Positions 36,253 through 45,781 of a stretch of 64,000 bases of DNA are shown here, in pieces; position 1 is the stretch's first letter; every line of letters begins with the position of its first letter. Under the pieces are notes generated by a model. The model searched no databases. It had not been told where the DNA came from and saw nothing but the letters and a program-made list of their open reading frames with translations. Origin of the DNA: a phage. The translations under genes were made by a program, and so were the position numbers. Where the stretch lies: NCBI GenBank assembly GCA_024673055.1, contig GCA_024673055.1_4537.1, one strand, 5' to 3'.

Positions 36253-36451
36253 GATTAGGATTCATAGCAAAAGCTTTGAAAGTTGTTATGTCATGACTAA
36301 CATTAAAACTAACACCTTTTACTTTCTCTAATATTTGAACTTTCGTCTCTCCGTCCCACGGTAGGATGATAACACCATCTTCTGTGATCAACCACCAATG
36401 GTTCTCTCCATCTCGTGAATCTTTTGCTTTGTATAGAAAATTGGAACTCAT
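36236..36451 (-). CDS. hypothetical protein
   Basis: 71-aa track ORF; C-terminal ...LVAEW. Confidence 0.4.
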   Translation of the reverse strand: MSSNFLYKAKDSRDGENHWWLITEDGVIILPWDGETKVQILEKVKGVSFNVSHDITTFKAFAMNPNLVAEW

Positions 36452-36811
36452 TCTTCCTCCTGTTCGGTATTATTCACCTGTGAGACACAATGTAACACAA
36501 GCTTTGTGAGTTTGTCAAGGATCTAATTACATTCTATAGAAGAAGAGGGTTAATAACTATAGGAATAGTCTGACTATACGTGCAATACTAGTTAAGAGTT
36601 AGATTGATAGGTAAGACTTATCTTAAACGGATAATTGATAGGTGAGTCAGCATTGACTTTTTCAAAAAAATATGGTACCCTAAACATATGTTTACGAGCG
36701 ATAGCGAGTAGTAGATTTCTATATAATAATGTTTCATGTTACTCACGATAGTGAGGTATGAAACGTAAGTGAAGGTAGATAAACTATGATCATCTATCTA
36801 CCATCTATTAA

Positions 36812-37021
36812 TCAATATAGATCTAATGTTAGACTAACAGTTATCCAACAAACAATAGCAGTCCATATAACAAGTAATGATCTACAAACTACATCCCATT
36901 CAAATACATTGTATGTTAACCATTCTCCCATCACAACAGAAGAACCCAACCAACATCCAACAACAACTATAATCCAATAAAAGAATCCTACAGTAGAGTA
37001 TACAGCAAAAGCTTTTAACAT
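36812..37021 (-). CDS. small membrane protein
   Basis: GGAGGA SD; two hydrophobic helices. Confidence 0.35.
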   Translation of the reverse strand: MLKAFAVYSTVGFFYWIIVVVGCWLGSSVVMGEWLTYNVFEWDVVCRSLLVIWTAIVCWITVSLTLDLY

Positions 37022-37434
37022 CTTTCCTCCAGAAGTTGTTCAACAGTTTGACGAGTATGATTGTCCCAGTAAACCTTAGTGAAGTCAAGAGTTCCTTGTT
37101 CGTTTCTCTTAGTTTCGAAGAAGTATCCGCCTTCTCTTTCTACTCTGTCTCTAATGTGCTCTATGAGGTGCTTTTTACAAGATGCTGATAAACAATAGTC
37201 ATATTCCCCACGAAGCAATGCTATAGCTGCAAGTCTGTTATCACCAACTTGAGATATTGTCCAAGAAAGCATACTACCTTTTATACCTAAAGGTGTTTGT
37301 CGAATGGAATATCCACCATGCCGACTGATAGAAATTATGGCAAGTGGTTCTCCTGTTAGAGATCTTCCTAATGCACCTTCTGTTGGACTTCCTTCAACAA
37401 TACGTTTGAAAAAAGCTTTGATCTTACCTAACAT
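37015..37434 (-). CDS. hypothetical protein
   Basis: 139-aa track ORF. Confidence 0.5.
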   Translation of the reverse strand: MLGKIKAFFKRIVEGSPTEGALGRSLTGEPLAIISISRHGGYSIRQTPLGIKGSMLSWTISQVGDNRLAAIALLRGEYDYCLSASCKKHLIEHIRDRVEREGGYFFETKRNEQGTLDFTKVYWDNHTRQTVEQLLEERC

Positions 37435-37453
37435 AAGTCCCCCTTAAAACTTA

Positions 37454-37585
37454 CTTGTTTAAAGTATCTCTTACTTGTTCTGCTTGACGTTTAGTAATAA
37501 AAGTCCCAACCGAAACGTTAAATTCATTGACTACAGAGAACGATCCATCACGATTCTCACGAATATTAAACAATTTCTTACTCAT
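37454..37585 (-). CDS. small hypothetical protein (43 aa)
   Basis: GAAGGAGG SD then ATG 37585. Confidence 0.3.
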
Positions 37586-37781
37586 TTCTACCTCCTTCGA
37601 TGCTTTGTGCCGTACCATCCCAAGCCATTAGAATATTTGCCAATAGTTCACGAGGCTCTTTAAACCAAACTTCCATTTCATCAAGAATCTCGTCCGTGTC
37701 GTAAGTATAACCTGGAACACCAAGTTCGCATTTCTTAAGATAGCTTTCTAACCAGCGGTGATAATTCTTAACCCCATTCAT
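37578..37781 (-). CDS. hypothetical protein
   Basis: 67-aa track ORF. Confidence 0.4.
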   Translation of the reverse strand: MNGVKNYHRWLESYLKKCELGVPGYTYDTDEILDEMEVWFKEPRELLANILMAWDGTAQSIEGGRNE

Positions 37782-38154
37782 ACTGTGCTACCTTTTCTTT
37801 TACCCAATCTACACGATCTTTATCATAATGTTGAGTGCCAAGGAAAAGACCATTGTGGAAACTTTCCTCACCGAAAGGATAAATCGGATCTAAACCATCT
37901 TCTTCAAATAACATTTTTAGTCTCTGTGATGTAGATTTCTTAGTTTCTGAGTTGTAGTTTGTGGTTATAAGCCAATCTTCCAAACAACGACACAAACCTT
38001 GACGAGAATCCCAAGGAAAAACACAATCTCCAACAGGAGCTTTTTCCGCCCATTCTAACCAACCTTTAAAAAAGTTATACAATATGTAGTCTTCAGTGTA
38101 ATACATTAGCGCCTCCTTTACATATACAATAACACCCCGCAGAACGGGGTGCAA
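37768..38154 (-). CDS. paralog family A (GLC...YPF...WVK family)
   Basis: Shares GLCRCL, IYPFG, RVDWVKEKV motifs with six other ORFs. Confidence 0.5.
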   Translation of the reverse strand: MHPVLRGVIVYVKEALMYYTEDYILYNFFKGWLEWAEKAPVGDCVFPWDSRQGLCRCLEDWLITTNYNSETKKSTSQRLKMLFEEDGLDPIYPFGEESFHNGLFLGTQHYDKDRVDWVKEKVAQYEWG

Positions 38155-38157
38155 CTG

Positions 38158-38769
38158 TTATTTAATCTGTTTAAAAATTTCGTTTGGAACGGTACCGTTT
38201 AAAATACCTTCTACGATCTCTTGTGCAGACGTGTAAGAGAGTCCAAAAGAAGCTACGCCTAAAATTGCCTCCTTTAAAGGATCTGGCAGGGGTTCAAAAT
38301 TACCTGCAACAAAGCCACCTGCACAAGCAGCACCTTCATCATCCCAGAAAACAACTGCTACGTCGTTACCATGCGAAGTTGTGCGATGTGCAATAACTTC
38401 AACTTCTGTTCCTTCTTTAGGAACAGAATAAGAACTGTCCCAAGAATATCTTTCCAAATCAGGAACAAAGATAACCTTTTCACCTACTGGCGGCAGTTCA
38501 CAACGATAATACCAAGAATTTTTTTCGTTCATTGTTTTATTTTCCTCCGCGTCTTCAAAAGTAACGATCCAATCGTAGCCGTAAGAAAACGGATATTTTA
38601 GATCTAAAGAATAAGTTTGACCTAGATCGTCCTCAACAAGAACCATCCTGTCAAAGTTTGCGATGTTAGGATTATGTTTAATGATAGGGTATGTTTCCCC
38701 TACAGTAAATTGCCCCAAATGGTAAAGTTCATCTCTCCAAGTAATTTGGATATGAGTGCATTGAATCAT
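38158..38769 (-). CDS. hypothetical protein
   Basis: 203-aa track ORF. Confidence 0.55.
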   Translation of the reverse strand: MIQCTHIQITWRDELYHLGQFTVGETYPIIKHNPNIANFDRMVLVEDDLGQTYSLDLKYPFSYGYDWIVTFEDAEENKTMNEKNSWYYRCELPPVGEKVIFVPDLERYSWDSSYSVPKEGTEVEVIAHRTTSHGNDVAVVFWDDEGAACAGGFVAGNFEPLPDPLKEAILGVASFGLSYTSAQEIVEGILNGTVPNEIFKQIK

Positions 38770-38773
38770 AAAA

Positions 38774-39046
38774 TCACCCCCAAGAAATATTTATATATCT
38801 TACAATGTTTGCACTGTCTAAAGCCATGTTTGCACCACACCCACGCTCGCGCCAGTAACTAACAATACCTTCACAGATACTCTCTTGTATCTTCTTATCA
38901 CTTGGCATTTCTAGTATAAGACTTGGGTTGTGGATGTTTATGTTATAATATCCTTCCTCTGCGGCTTGAGCTACCAATTTACTTACTTTTTCAAAGTACG
39001 GGGAATTAGTGGCATCTGCCATTGTTTTTAAGGTTTGTCTATCCAT
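38774..39046 (-). CDS. hypothetical protein
   Basis: 90-aa track ORF. Confidence 0.45.
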   Translation of the reverse strand: MDRQTLKTMADATNSPYFEKVSKLVAQAAEEGYYNINIHNPSLILEMPSDKKIQESICEGIVSYWRERGCGANMALDSANIVRYINISWG

Positions 39047-39444
39047 TATTCTGCCTCATCGTAGAAGAAATCCAACTCTTGTTCCAGTTGTTTAACTTGA
39101 TCCTTAACCCACTGTACACGTTTTTCATTAAACATGCAACGTTTTTCCTTACACTCTTGCTCAAAAGATTTTGCTGTGTTAAATGGGAAAGTTGTATCTA
39201 AACCAGCGTTTTCAAAACTGGCTAATTGCATACCATAAACAGAATATGCTAAAGAATGCTCTGCCCGAAATTCATCACTTATATACATACGCAGACCTCG
39301 GCATAAGCCAACATCAGCGTAACCACTTTCTCTTGGAAAGAGACGGAGGTGTTCTAACCAATTATTATAGAAATCTAAAAGAATCCTTTTACACTTCAAA
39401 TCGATTGTCATAAAAAGTTTCTCCTTCATCAAACAAGTTGGCAA
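39046..39444 (-). CDS. paralog family B (GLC...PF...WVK family)
   Basis: VGLCRGL, TFPFN, RVQWVKDQV motifs; start uncertain. Confidence 0.45.
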   Translation of the reverse strand: MPTCLMKEKLFMTIDLKCKRILLDFYNNWLEHLRLFPRESGYADVGLCRGLRMYISDEFRAEHSLAYSVYGMQLASFENAGLDTTFPFNTAKSFEQECKEKRCMFNEKRVQWVKDQVKQLEQELDFFYDEAE

Positions 39445-39811
39445 GATTGTTCACGGCAATCTGGGTGGAAAGAAGACAACTGTTTGCAGACACATAAGCA
39501 CGAGCTATTTTGTAAACATAGGCTTTCGTATTACAATTGTCTAGGATCGGAAGACTTTCGTCGATAGCATCTATAACACTAAACATCACATCTAAAACTT
39601 TAATGGTGAGTGTTGTATTTGTATCTTCGTAACCTTTTTCAATCAGACCTGAATAGAAAGTATAGTCCTCAACAGTTCGTCGTTTAAATTGGCGCATAAA
39701 ATCGGAACCATCTGTAGCAGAATTGAACAAATTTTCAAAAAATACGTCCCATCCGGCAAAAAGTGCTGACAGCATGATTAAGTGATCTACAGATTCATTT
39801 TCTTGTTTCAT
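39389..39811 (-). CDS. hypothetical protein
   Basis: 140-aa track ORF. Confidence 0.45.
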   Translation of the reverse strand: MKQENESVDHLIMLSALFAGWDVFFENLFNSATDGSDFMRQFKRRTVEDYTFYSGLIEKGYEDTNTTLTIKVLDVMFSVIDAIDESLPILDNCNTKAYVYKIARAYVSANSCLLSTQIAVNNLANLFDEGETFYDNRFEV

Positions 39812-39819
39812 ATCCTCTC

Positions 39820-40497
39820 CTATTTAATGTTCAGTCTGGCACACAAACGAGAAACAGTTTTAGCATCCCATTTACCACCACGTGCTGTTGCTATTTTCTT
39901 ACTATTGAATTTTTCAGCAATAGTTTTGTAAGGTGTATTTAAATCTCTAAGGATCTCCAAACGTTCACGGAATGTCTCTGCAAAAGCGTCTGCTTTAACA
40001 GAGTTGTATTCCATTTTTCCTTTTCTACGTGCAGCGGCAGTTTTAGGATTAGCACTGCCTAATAAAACACCTTTGCTTTTTGCTACAGCAAGACCCTTTT
40101 TAATACGATCAGCAATACCTCTAACTTCTTGTTCAGCCAGAACAGACAGAAGCTGTATAACCATTTTATCTGCGTCTGGCATGATGGCTATCTTAACATC
40201 GATCATTTCTAGAAGAGTTGCTACGGAGGCGTTGTTACGACCCAAGCGGTCAACTTTAGCTACCAATAAAGTTGCTCCGGTAGCTTTACACATTTCAACC
40301 GCTTTAACCAGTTCCTTACGTTGCTTCCAATCGCCCTTACCCGAATAGTATTCAGAAAATTGACCAATAACTTCCGCATCAGGCACAGAGTCTAAGAAGT
40401 AACGGATATCGTTCTCCTGGCTCTGCATACCATACTGGGCTTCACCTTTCTTCTGTTTAGACAAACGGCTGTAAACAACAAACTTTTTCATGATCAA
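39820..40497 (-). CDS. serine recombinase (resolvase/invertase family)
   Basis: VYSRLSKQ (catalytic Ser region), LLVAKVDRLGRN, LLSVLAEQEVRGIADRIKKGLAVAKSKG align with Hin/Gin/resolvase core; C-terminal HTH-like tail. Confidence 0.7.
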   Translation of the reverse strand: MIMKKFVVYSRLSKQKKGEAQYGMQSQENDIRYFLDSVPDAEVIGQFSEYYSGKGDWKQRKELVKAVEMCKATGATLLVAKVDRLGRNNASVATLLEMIDVKIAIMPDADKMVIQLLSVLAEQEVRGIADRIKKGLAVAKSKGVLLGSANPKTAAARRKGKMEYNSVKADAFAETFRERLEILRDLNTPYKTIAEKFNSKKIATARGGKWDAKTVSRLCARLNIK

Positions 40498-40501
40498 CTC
40501 C

Positions 40502-40729
40502 TCAATCGTTATCAGGATTCCATTTTACAAACTTGAAGCAGTTATTGTCAAGGAATTTATTGGCATCTTTTTCCTGTTTCCAAACGGTGCATTGTTCTTT
40601 AAGGGCTATCTGCTCATTCTGCACGTCTGATACCGCATTAGCAAAGAGGATCAGAAATCCCAAAAAGACCAACATCAATAACAGATTAAAGAAAGTTTGA
40701 AAACTCATGCATCCTCCCATTTGATCCAC
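40502..40729 (-). CDS. small membrane protein (paralog of 46911..47147)
   Basis: TM helix; WKQEKDANKFLDNNC matches LKHERNAEKFLDLEC in the paralog. Confidence 0.4.
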   Translation of the reverse strand: MDQMGGCMSFQTFFNLLLMLVFLGFLILFANAVSDVQNEQIALKEQCTVWKQEKDANKFLDNNCFKFVKWNPDND

Positions 40730-40956
40730 AGAATCATTTCTTCAACGTAAACCTCTTTACCTTTGTTATTGATGAAAGTGTATTCTATGAACTCCGCTGT
40801 ATACTTTTTGTTGTATTGCTCCGCTGCTGGGATCGGACACTTTGTCATACGTGTCTCAACCCATTGACGATGAATCGTTGCCTTGTTTTTGGGGTCAAAC
40901 GGGTGTAAATAGTGCGGTTCTCCCTCTTGACTATGCCCCATTTTATTCTTCTTCGC
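40705..40956 (-). CDS. hypothetical protein
   Basis: Track ORF trimmed to ATG with GGAGGAGG SD (40956). Confidence 0.4.
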   Translation of the reverse strand, partial: AKKNKMGHSQEGEPHYLHPFDPKNKATIHRQWVETRMTKCPIPAAEQYNKKYTAEFIEYTFINNKGKEVYVEEMILWIKWEDA

Positions 40957-41287
40957 CATGCTGCACCTCCTCCAGACGGTCATACACCCAAGCAAGACGA
41001 TCGAAGTTTTTGTGTTGGGTGCCGGACTTCTTCTCAATCCAATAACAAGGAATCCAACCTGACAGATCCCACTCGCCATCGAACGGATAGTTCCATTCTA
41101 AACCTTCCGCTTCAAACTGCTCTACCATTTCATCAGAGAGGGAAAGATACAAATCTTGGTCTTCCCCGCAATACACTTCCACTGCATGACACAAACCGCA
41201 AGCTTTGATGTTTTCGGGTGGATTTTGACTCATAGCTTGATCCAACCACCACTCATAGAATTCCAACAACATGATACTTGATTTCAT
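40943..41287 (-). CDS. paralog family C (GLC...YPF family)
   Basis: LLEFYEWWL, CGLCHAV, NYPFDG motifs. Confidence 0.5.
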   Translation of the reverse strand: MKSSIMLLEFYEWWLDQAMSQNPPENIKACGLCHAVEVYCGEDQDLYLSLSDEMVEQFEAEGLEWNYPFDGEWDLSGWIPCYWIEKKSGTQHKNFDRLAWVYDRLEEVQHGEEE

Positions 41288-41655
41288 TTGTCTTCCCCTT
41301 TCTCCATAAGCGGCGAAGCCGCGATCATCGACTTATAGACAACTTCGGCTGTTCGGGTTAGCCCCGTCCAGTCCTTCGCTGCCTCCAACATTTCTGAGGT
41401 AGGCTCTTTCGGGACCAAGACATACCCTTCTGGGATACACATTCCACTCTCTTTCTTTTCAGCTTCTTCCGACATAACTTGCCACACTCCGTAGCTGCAA
41501 TTCTCGAACAAACAATAGAGTTCAGATCCTTCATCATCCACGACAATGAAACAGTTCTCATCTGCTACTTTGGCGTTGTAAATCCGACCTATGGTCAAAT
41601 AGTCTCGGACATTAATAAACTTAGAGGCAAGAAACTTCACACGAATGTTTTTCAT
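41284..41655 (-). CDS. hypothetical protein
   Basis: 123-aa track ORF. Confidence 0.5.
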   Translation of the reverse strand: MKNIRVKFLASKFINVRDYLTIGRIYNAKVADENCFIVVDDEGSELYCLFENCSYGVWQVMSEEAEKKESGMCIPEGYVLVPKEPTSEMLEAAKDWTGLTRTAEVVYKSMIAASPLMEKGEDK

Positions 41656-41891
41656 TTCTTAAACTCCGAAAAGCAACCCAAAGAGATGACCCCGCCATTA
41701 TAGACGATAGCAAACTGGCACCCTGTTTTTGTGTCTGTGATGATGTAATCTAAAGCCCCAGTCATGCCAGTTTGAACAAAGCGATCCTTGGTTACAACTT
41801 TTGAGTCCGAGAAGCCGTTAACTTTCGGCACAGTGTCTGCCATAACAGCAGGAGTCACCAGAAACAATGCAATCAGTAATGCCTTTTTCAT
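41652..41891 (-). CDS. small secreted protein (signal peptide)
   Basis: MKKALLIALFLVTPAVMA signal-like N-terminus. Confidence 0.5.
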   Translation of the reverse strand: MKKALLIALFLVTPAVMADTVPKVNGFSDSKVVTKDRFVQTGMTGALDYIITDTKTGCQFAIVYNGGVISLGCFSEFKK

Positions 41892-41902
41892 AAATCCTCC
41901 AG

Positions 41903-42217
41903 TTAGCCTTGAAATGAATTGCGACGACCAATACGGGCACAGCGATCACCTTCATAAGAGGTGAAATCCAAACTCACTCGGAAGCCAGGGTGGGTATCAG
42001 AGATCCCCACATTCTTCACCCACATCTCGAAACTGCCGATATGTAAGGTCATAATGTTTACATACCATTCCAGCGTCACTTCTGTGCCGTCTACACCTGT
42101 GATGTAAAACTCACGAGCGAAATGGGTGTCGTGCTTCTCTTTCTGACGCTCATACTTAGCGATTGCACCTTTCTCAACAGCCGCTTTCAGGATCACTTCT
42201 AATTCTTCTATTTGCAT
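41903..42217 (-). CDS. hypothetical protein
   Basis: 104-aa track ORF. Confidence 0.5.
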   Translation of the reverse strand: MQIEELEVILKAAVEKGAIAKYERQKEKHDTHFAREFYITGVDGTEVTLEWYVNIMTLHIGSFEMWVKNVGISDTHPGFRVSLDFTSYEGDRCARIGRRNSFQG

Positions 42218-42272
42218 GTTCTCTCTCCTCTTGTTGTTGATGCAATCACTATAATATGTCTGACACTCTCTG

Positions 42273-42488
42273 TCAAATGTTTTCTGCTTCCAGTACTACT
42301 CTCTGGATCTGCACATCGTCAATGTTTGCAAGACAAGTCCCTAAGATAAGCCCTGCTCGGAAAGGGGCTTGGAATTTGGAGGAAGCCCCCACTCGAATAG
42401 AATACTCCACACCGCACATAACATAATCTACACGGTACATATTCAAGCCCATGAACATGAGTTCTTCTTCCGACTCTTCGATTTGCAT
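42273..42488 (-). CDS. hypothetical protein
   Basis: 71-aa track ORF (preferred over overlapping 42319..42510). Confidence 0.4.
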   Translation of the reverse strand: MQIEESEEELMFMGLNMYRVDYVMCGVEYSIRVGASSKFQAPFRAGLILGTCLANIDDVQIQRVVLEAENI

Positions 42489-42500
42489 TTTTATCTCCTC

Positions 42501-43055
42501 TTAGTTCCAACTAACGATGATGTGTTTGATAACCCCAAAAACGCTATATTCCGCTGTTGTCAACGTTACATCTAAACCTTTTGCACGCAACATTGTGGCT
42601 ACTACATTCACCCCTTCTTTCTGTTTATCCATCTCTTCGTAAGAAGAAGGGCTGTTACACAAACCAAAACTCGAAGGTTCAAAATATTTTTGGAATTTCC
42701 CCTGTTCTGCATAATCTTCAATCTCCGGCAGAATACAGTCTACCATTTCAGTAAAATGGGAATTTGCTTGCAGTGCTTTACTACGTAGTTTATCACGTAA
42801 ACTTCCCACAAACCCTTCCTGATCTTCTGTTTGCTCTTCTTCACAGAAAGGATGAAGTTCAGCCCAGTCCCAAACGTCTCCCTCTAAAGCAAACGTTGTG
42901 TTGTAGTTGAAGAAGGTGCAACGTGGAAGTTCCCCGTTGAAAGAGTCCTTCAGCAAAATGTATTTCTTACCATTTGCGTGGAAGAGTTCCCCTTTGATAA
43001 CCTTGCCTTTCTCGATATCGCTGTTGGTGGAACGGGTGCAGATAAACTGTTTCAT
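42501..43055 (-). CDS. hypothetical protein
   Basis: 184-aa track ORF. Confidence 0.55.
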   Translation of the reverse strand: MKQFICTRSTNSDIEKGKVIKGELFHANGKKYILLKDSFNGELPRCTFFNYNTTFALEGDVWDWAELHPFCEEEQTEDQEGFVGSLRDKLRSKALQANSHFTEMVDCILPEIEDYAEQGKFQKYFEPSSFGLCNSPSSYEEMDKQKEGVNVVATMLRAKGLDVTLTTAEYSVFGVIKHIIVSWN

Positions 43056-43109
43056 GATTTTCTCCTCTCTGTTTCGATGAGATGATTATGACAAAGACAG
43101 ATCCCTCTG

Positions 43110-43436
43110 TCAACCAATTATTTCTTCTGCTACACGTTCTTTTACCCAGTTCACGCGATCCACATTCAAATGACAACGGCTTCTTTCTGCTTCTAAGGTG
43201 TACTTTCCAAAATTACTGTTGAAAGGCAGCACCATAACCAAACCTTTGTGGTAGAACTGCTCATGCATTTCATCCAGTACAGGTTCGTATCGTTCGCTTT
43301 CTCCCATATCGTAAAAATCATAGAGGTTCGTGCACAAACCTGTGCAACGGGTGAACGGTTCGCCTTCAGGAGCACCAGCTTCCAACCATGCCAAATACGT
43401 GCGGTAAAATGTTAATAGTTCTTCGCTCATTTCCAC
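43110..43436 (-). CDS. paralog family D
   Basis: LTFYRTYLAWLEAGAP, TGLCTNL, VLPFN, RVNWVKERV. Confidence 0.5.
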   Translation of the reverse strand: MEMSEELLTFYRTYLAWLEAGAPEGEPFTRCTGLCTNLYDFYDMGESERYEPVLDEMHEQFYHKGLVMVLPFNSNFGKYTLEAERSRCHLNVDRVNWVKERVAEEIIG

Positions 43437-43639
43437 TCTCCTTCATGATAGTAAACCTCAAAAGAATAGTAAGTGAACATGCTCATTGTAACACCTGCCA
43501 TTTCTGGATCAAAGGGAGTGTTGTTATACATGTCAACCACTGCCTGACCCGCTGCTTTGGCATGTGCTGCCGAATCACAGGCACAAACATCTTTCTCCCA
43601 CGGAAACTTGCCATCGTACTTAAGACGGACAATCCACAT
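43427..43639 (-). CDS. hypothetical protein
   Basis: 70-aa track ORF. Confidence 0.45.
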   Translation of the reverse strand: MWIVRLKYDGKFPWEKDVCACDSAAHAKAAGQAVVDMYNNTPFDPEMAGVTMSMFTYYSFEVYYHEGEWK

Positions 43640-43641
43640 GC

Positions 43642-43869
43642 TTATTCCTCCATCTCAAACCATTCAGGGAACACTTTACGGAAGACACGGGTTGTTTCCA
43701 AAAGGAATTCCAATTCTTTTTCCAGATCTGCGTTCCAATCGTGCACTTTAACATTGATTGCCAATGCACTTGCACGGCGACTTAATTCTTGACAGATTGG
43801 ATCACGCAGAACTATTGAGTCGTAAAACTGACAAACGGCCTCAAGTTCATACCAGTTATAATCCGACAT
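43642..43869 (-). CDS. hypothetical protein
   Basis: 75-aa track ORF. Confidence 0.45.
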   Translation of the reverse strand: MSDYNWYELEAVCQFYDSIVLRDPICQELSRRASALAINVKVHDWNADLEKELEFLLETTRVFRKVFPEWFEMEE

Positions 43870-44195
43870 TATTCATCCTCCTCTGCAATACGATCTCTTA
43901 CCCAATTAATCCTGTCCACGTTCAGGTGACATACCTCTGCATCTGATTCTAAGACATATGCATCGTAGTTCTCATTGAAAGGGAGTTCTTGACTCAACCC
44001 TTTGTAGTAAAACTGTGAGTGCATTTCGTCTGACAAGGTTGTTATAAGGAGATTGTAGCCATCTGCGTGCACATAATCGAACAAGTTGGCACACAAACCG
44101 CAATCTCGCCGAAAAGGTTTACCATCAGGAGCACCAACATCAATCCATGCTAGATAAATTTTATAAAACTCCATCAACCCTGCGCTTGTTTTCAT
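43869..44195 (-). CDS. paralog family E
   Basis: MEFYKIYLAWIDVGAP, CGLCANL, LPFN, RINWVRDRI. Confidence 0.5.
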   Translation of the reverse strand: MKTSAGLMEFYKIYLAWIDVGAPDGKPFRRDCGLCANLFDYVHADGYNLLITTLSDEMHSQFYYKGLSQELPFNENYDAYVLESDAEVCHLNVDRINWVRDRIAEEDE

Positions 44196-44433
44196 TTAGC
44201 CACCTCGTTAGTTTTTCTTGCTCTTTGTTTGCGCGTTCTAAGCTTCTAAACTTTAAACAAAGGGAACGAGAATCCCTACCCATGCACAAGCTTTCATCTA
44301 AGCTGTGCTCCCCAACCAACCAAAGAGAATATGTTTGAACATCTAACCCATAGTTTCTGTCTTTCCATAATCTCACCCCAAGAACATCAAAAGGCGCTTC
44401 CGCGACTAAAGAAAGAAACCGATCTTTATTCAT
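44161..44433 (-). CDS. hypothetical protein
   Basis: 90-aa track ORF. Confidence 0.4.
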   Translation of the reverse strand: MNKDRFLSLVAEAPFDVLGVRLWKDRNYGLDVQTYSLWLVGEHSLDESLCMGRDSRSLCLKFRSLERANKEQEKLTRWLNENKRRVDGVL

Positions 44434-44495
44434 ATTACACCACCTTTCTCACGTTGATAATGTATGTATACCATACATAAAATAAATGTCAAGGC

Positions 44496-44696
44496 TTATC
44501 GACACAGATAGTTGTAACGATCTGCTTTATCCTCTGCTTCAGCAAAGTCAGCAATCAAGGAAGTTTTGAGTTCTTCCAACTCTTTCACCCAAGAGTCGTA
44601 ATCGTTCTGTGTTTCTCCAATAGTTTGGAGAAAACAATCGTCGTAGCCAATAGACATGGCTAACTCGATAATACGTTCCAGTTTTTCTTCCATCAC
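44496..44696 (-). CDS. hypothetical protein
   Basis: 66-aa track ORF. Confidence 0.4.
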   Translation of the reverse strand: MMEEKLERIIELAMSIGYDDCFLQTIGETQNDYDSWVKELEELKTSLIADFAEAEDKADRYNYLCR

Positions 44697-45055
44697 TTCT
44701 CTCCTTCTACAGACTTCTGTTTAACATAGAAGTAAGCACCACGAGCAAGATACAAATCATGTTCAATATCGCTCACAGGAAAACCATCTGGATTTTTAAA
44801 ACCATCTTCTACAGCCAAAATGAGAGATCGTAAACTGATAGCTAACAACTCCATTTGATCTTGTAGTTTTCTATTTTCTGCGTAAAGGTTTTTGCATTTT
44901 TGTTCTGCATTTTTCCATTGTTCTAATGCATGATCATAGCGGTGCATAAGAATAGCTTTTTCTTGTTCACGCTTAAAAGTTTCTTCACAAATGAAATCCG
45001 TGCCTAAACCAGTTTCTTCATCTTTGACAAATACTTCAACAAAATCTTTAGACAT
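44693..45055 (-). CDS. hypothetical protein
   Basis: Track ORF trimmed to ATG 45055 with AGGAGA SD. Confidence 0.45.
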   Translation of the reverse strand: MSKDFVEVFVKDEETGLGTDFICEETFKREQEKAILMHRYDHALEQWKNAEQKCKNLYAENRKLQDQMELLAISLRSLILAVEDGFKNPDGFPVSDIEHDLYLARGAYFYVKQKSVEGEK

Positions 45056-45056
45056 A

Positions 45057-45320
45057 TTATCTCCTATTTGCTTTTGGATACTCCCAACCCTCTGGGAGAT
45101 CTTCTTTACACATCCACTCAAAAGGCCAGCGACAATAACTGTGCCACTTCCCATCGAGATACAAGCAATCTTCATCTACTGGTCCACAAGGGTTGATAAC
45201 TACAACACACCCTTTCGCTCGCCAATATTGAACTATTTCAGGGTAAAAACAAGAAACGTCGGTCCACTCCCAAATACGCTCATCATTCAAACGATATGCT
45301 GCTGGCAATGTTTCTTCCAT
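45057..45320 (-). CDS. hypothetical protein
   Basis: 87-aa track ORF. Confidence 0.45.
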   Translation of the reverse strand: MEETLPAAYRLNDERIWEWTDVSCFYPEIVQYWRAKGCVVVINPCGPVDEDCLYLDGKWHSYCRWPFEWMCKEDLPEGWEYPKANRR

Positions 45321-45324
45321 ATTA

Positions 45325-45771
45325 TTAAACCTCTGTCAAAGAGAACCGCCAATCCTTACTACTACCTACACCAAGGAAGATATAGTCTCCGGTACTAACG
45401 GAATATCTCCAAGCGGGAATCCAATCAGGAATCTCTGGCTTATGGCTGTAGCCATAACGCTCGCCACTCGAATCTGTTGCAATATAATTAACAAATTCAG
45501 GAACCTCTAAAATTTCACCTTGATACTCTACACGCTTGAAGCCATCTTCCACTTCTTTCTCACCTTCTACCAGACAAGCAAGAAGTTTGATGTGAGGGCA
45601 AGTGAAATCTTGTCCTGGATAACGTGAACGGATATCAGTTAACAATGCGATCACAGCATCCGATAACTCTTTATAATCCTCATATCTTACAAATGTGCCT
45701 TCTGTCGGATCATCAGGACATAAACGCCAAACATCGTTGCAGTTTACAGCATAATGTCGCATTTTAGTCAT
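45325..45771 (-). CDS. hypothetical protein
   Basis: 148-aa track ORF. Confidence 0.5.
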   Translation of the reverse strand: MTKMRHYAVNCNDVWRLCPDDPTEGTFVRYEDYKELSDAVIALLTDIRSRYPGQDFTCPHIKLLACLVEGEKEVEDGFKRVEYQGEILEVPEFVNYIATDSSGERYGYSHKPEIPDWIPAWRYSVSTGDYIFLGVGSSKDWRFSLTEV

Positions 45772-45781
45772 AAATACCCCC

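Noticed and set aside
39820-40497. Prophage integrase or temperate lifestyle
   Set aside because: The recombinase is a small resolvase/invertase type, not a large serine or tyrosine integrase; no repressor or attachment-site context; surrounding genes are lytic-phage early genes
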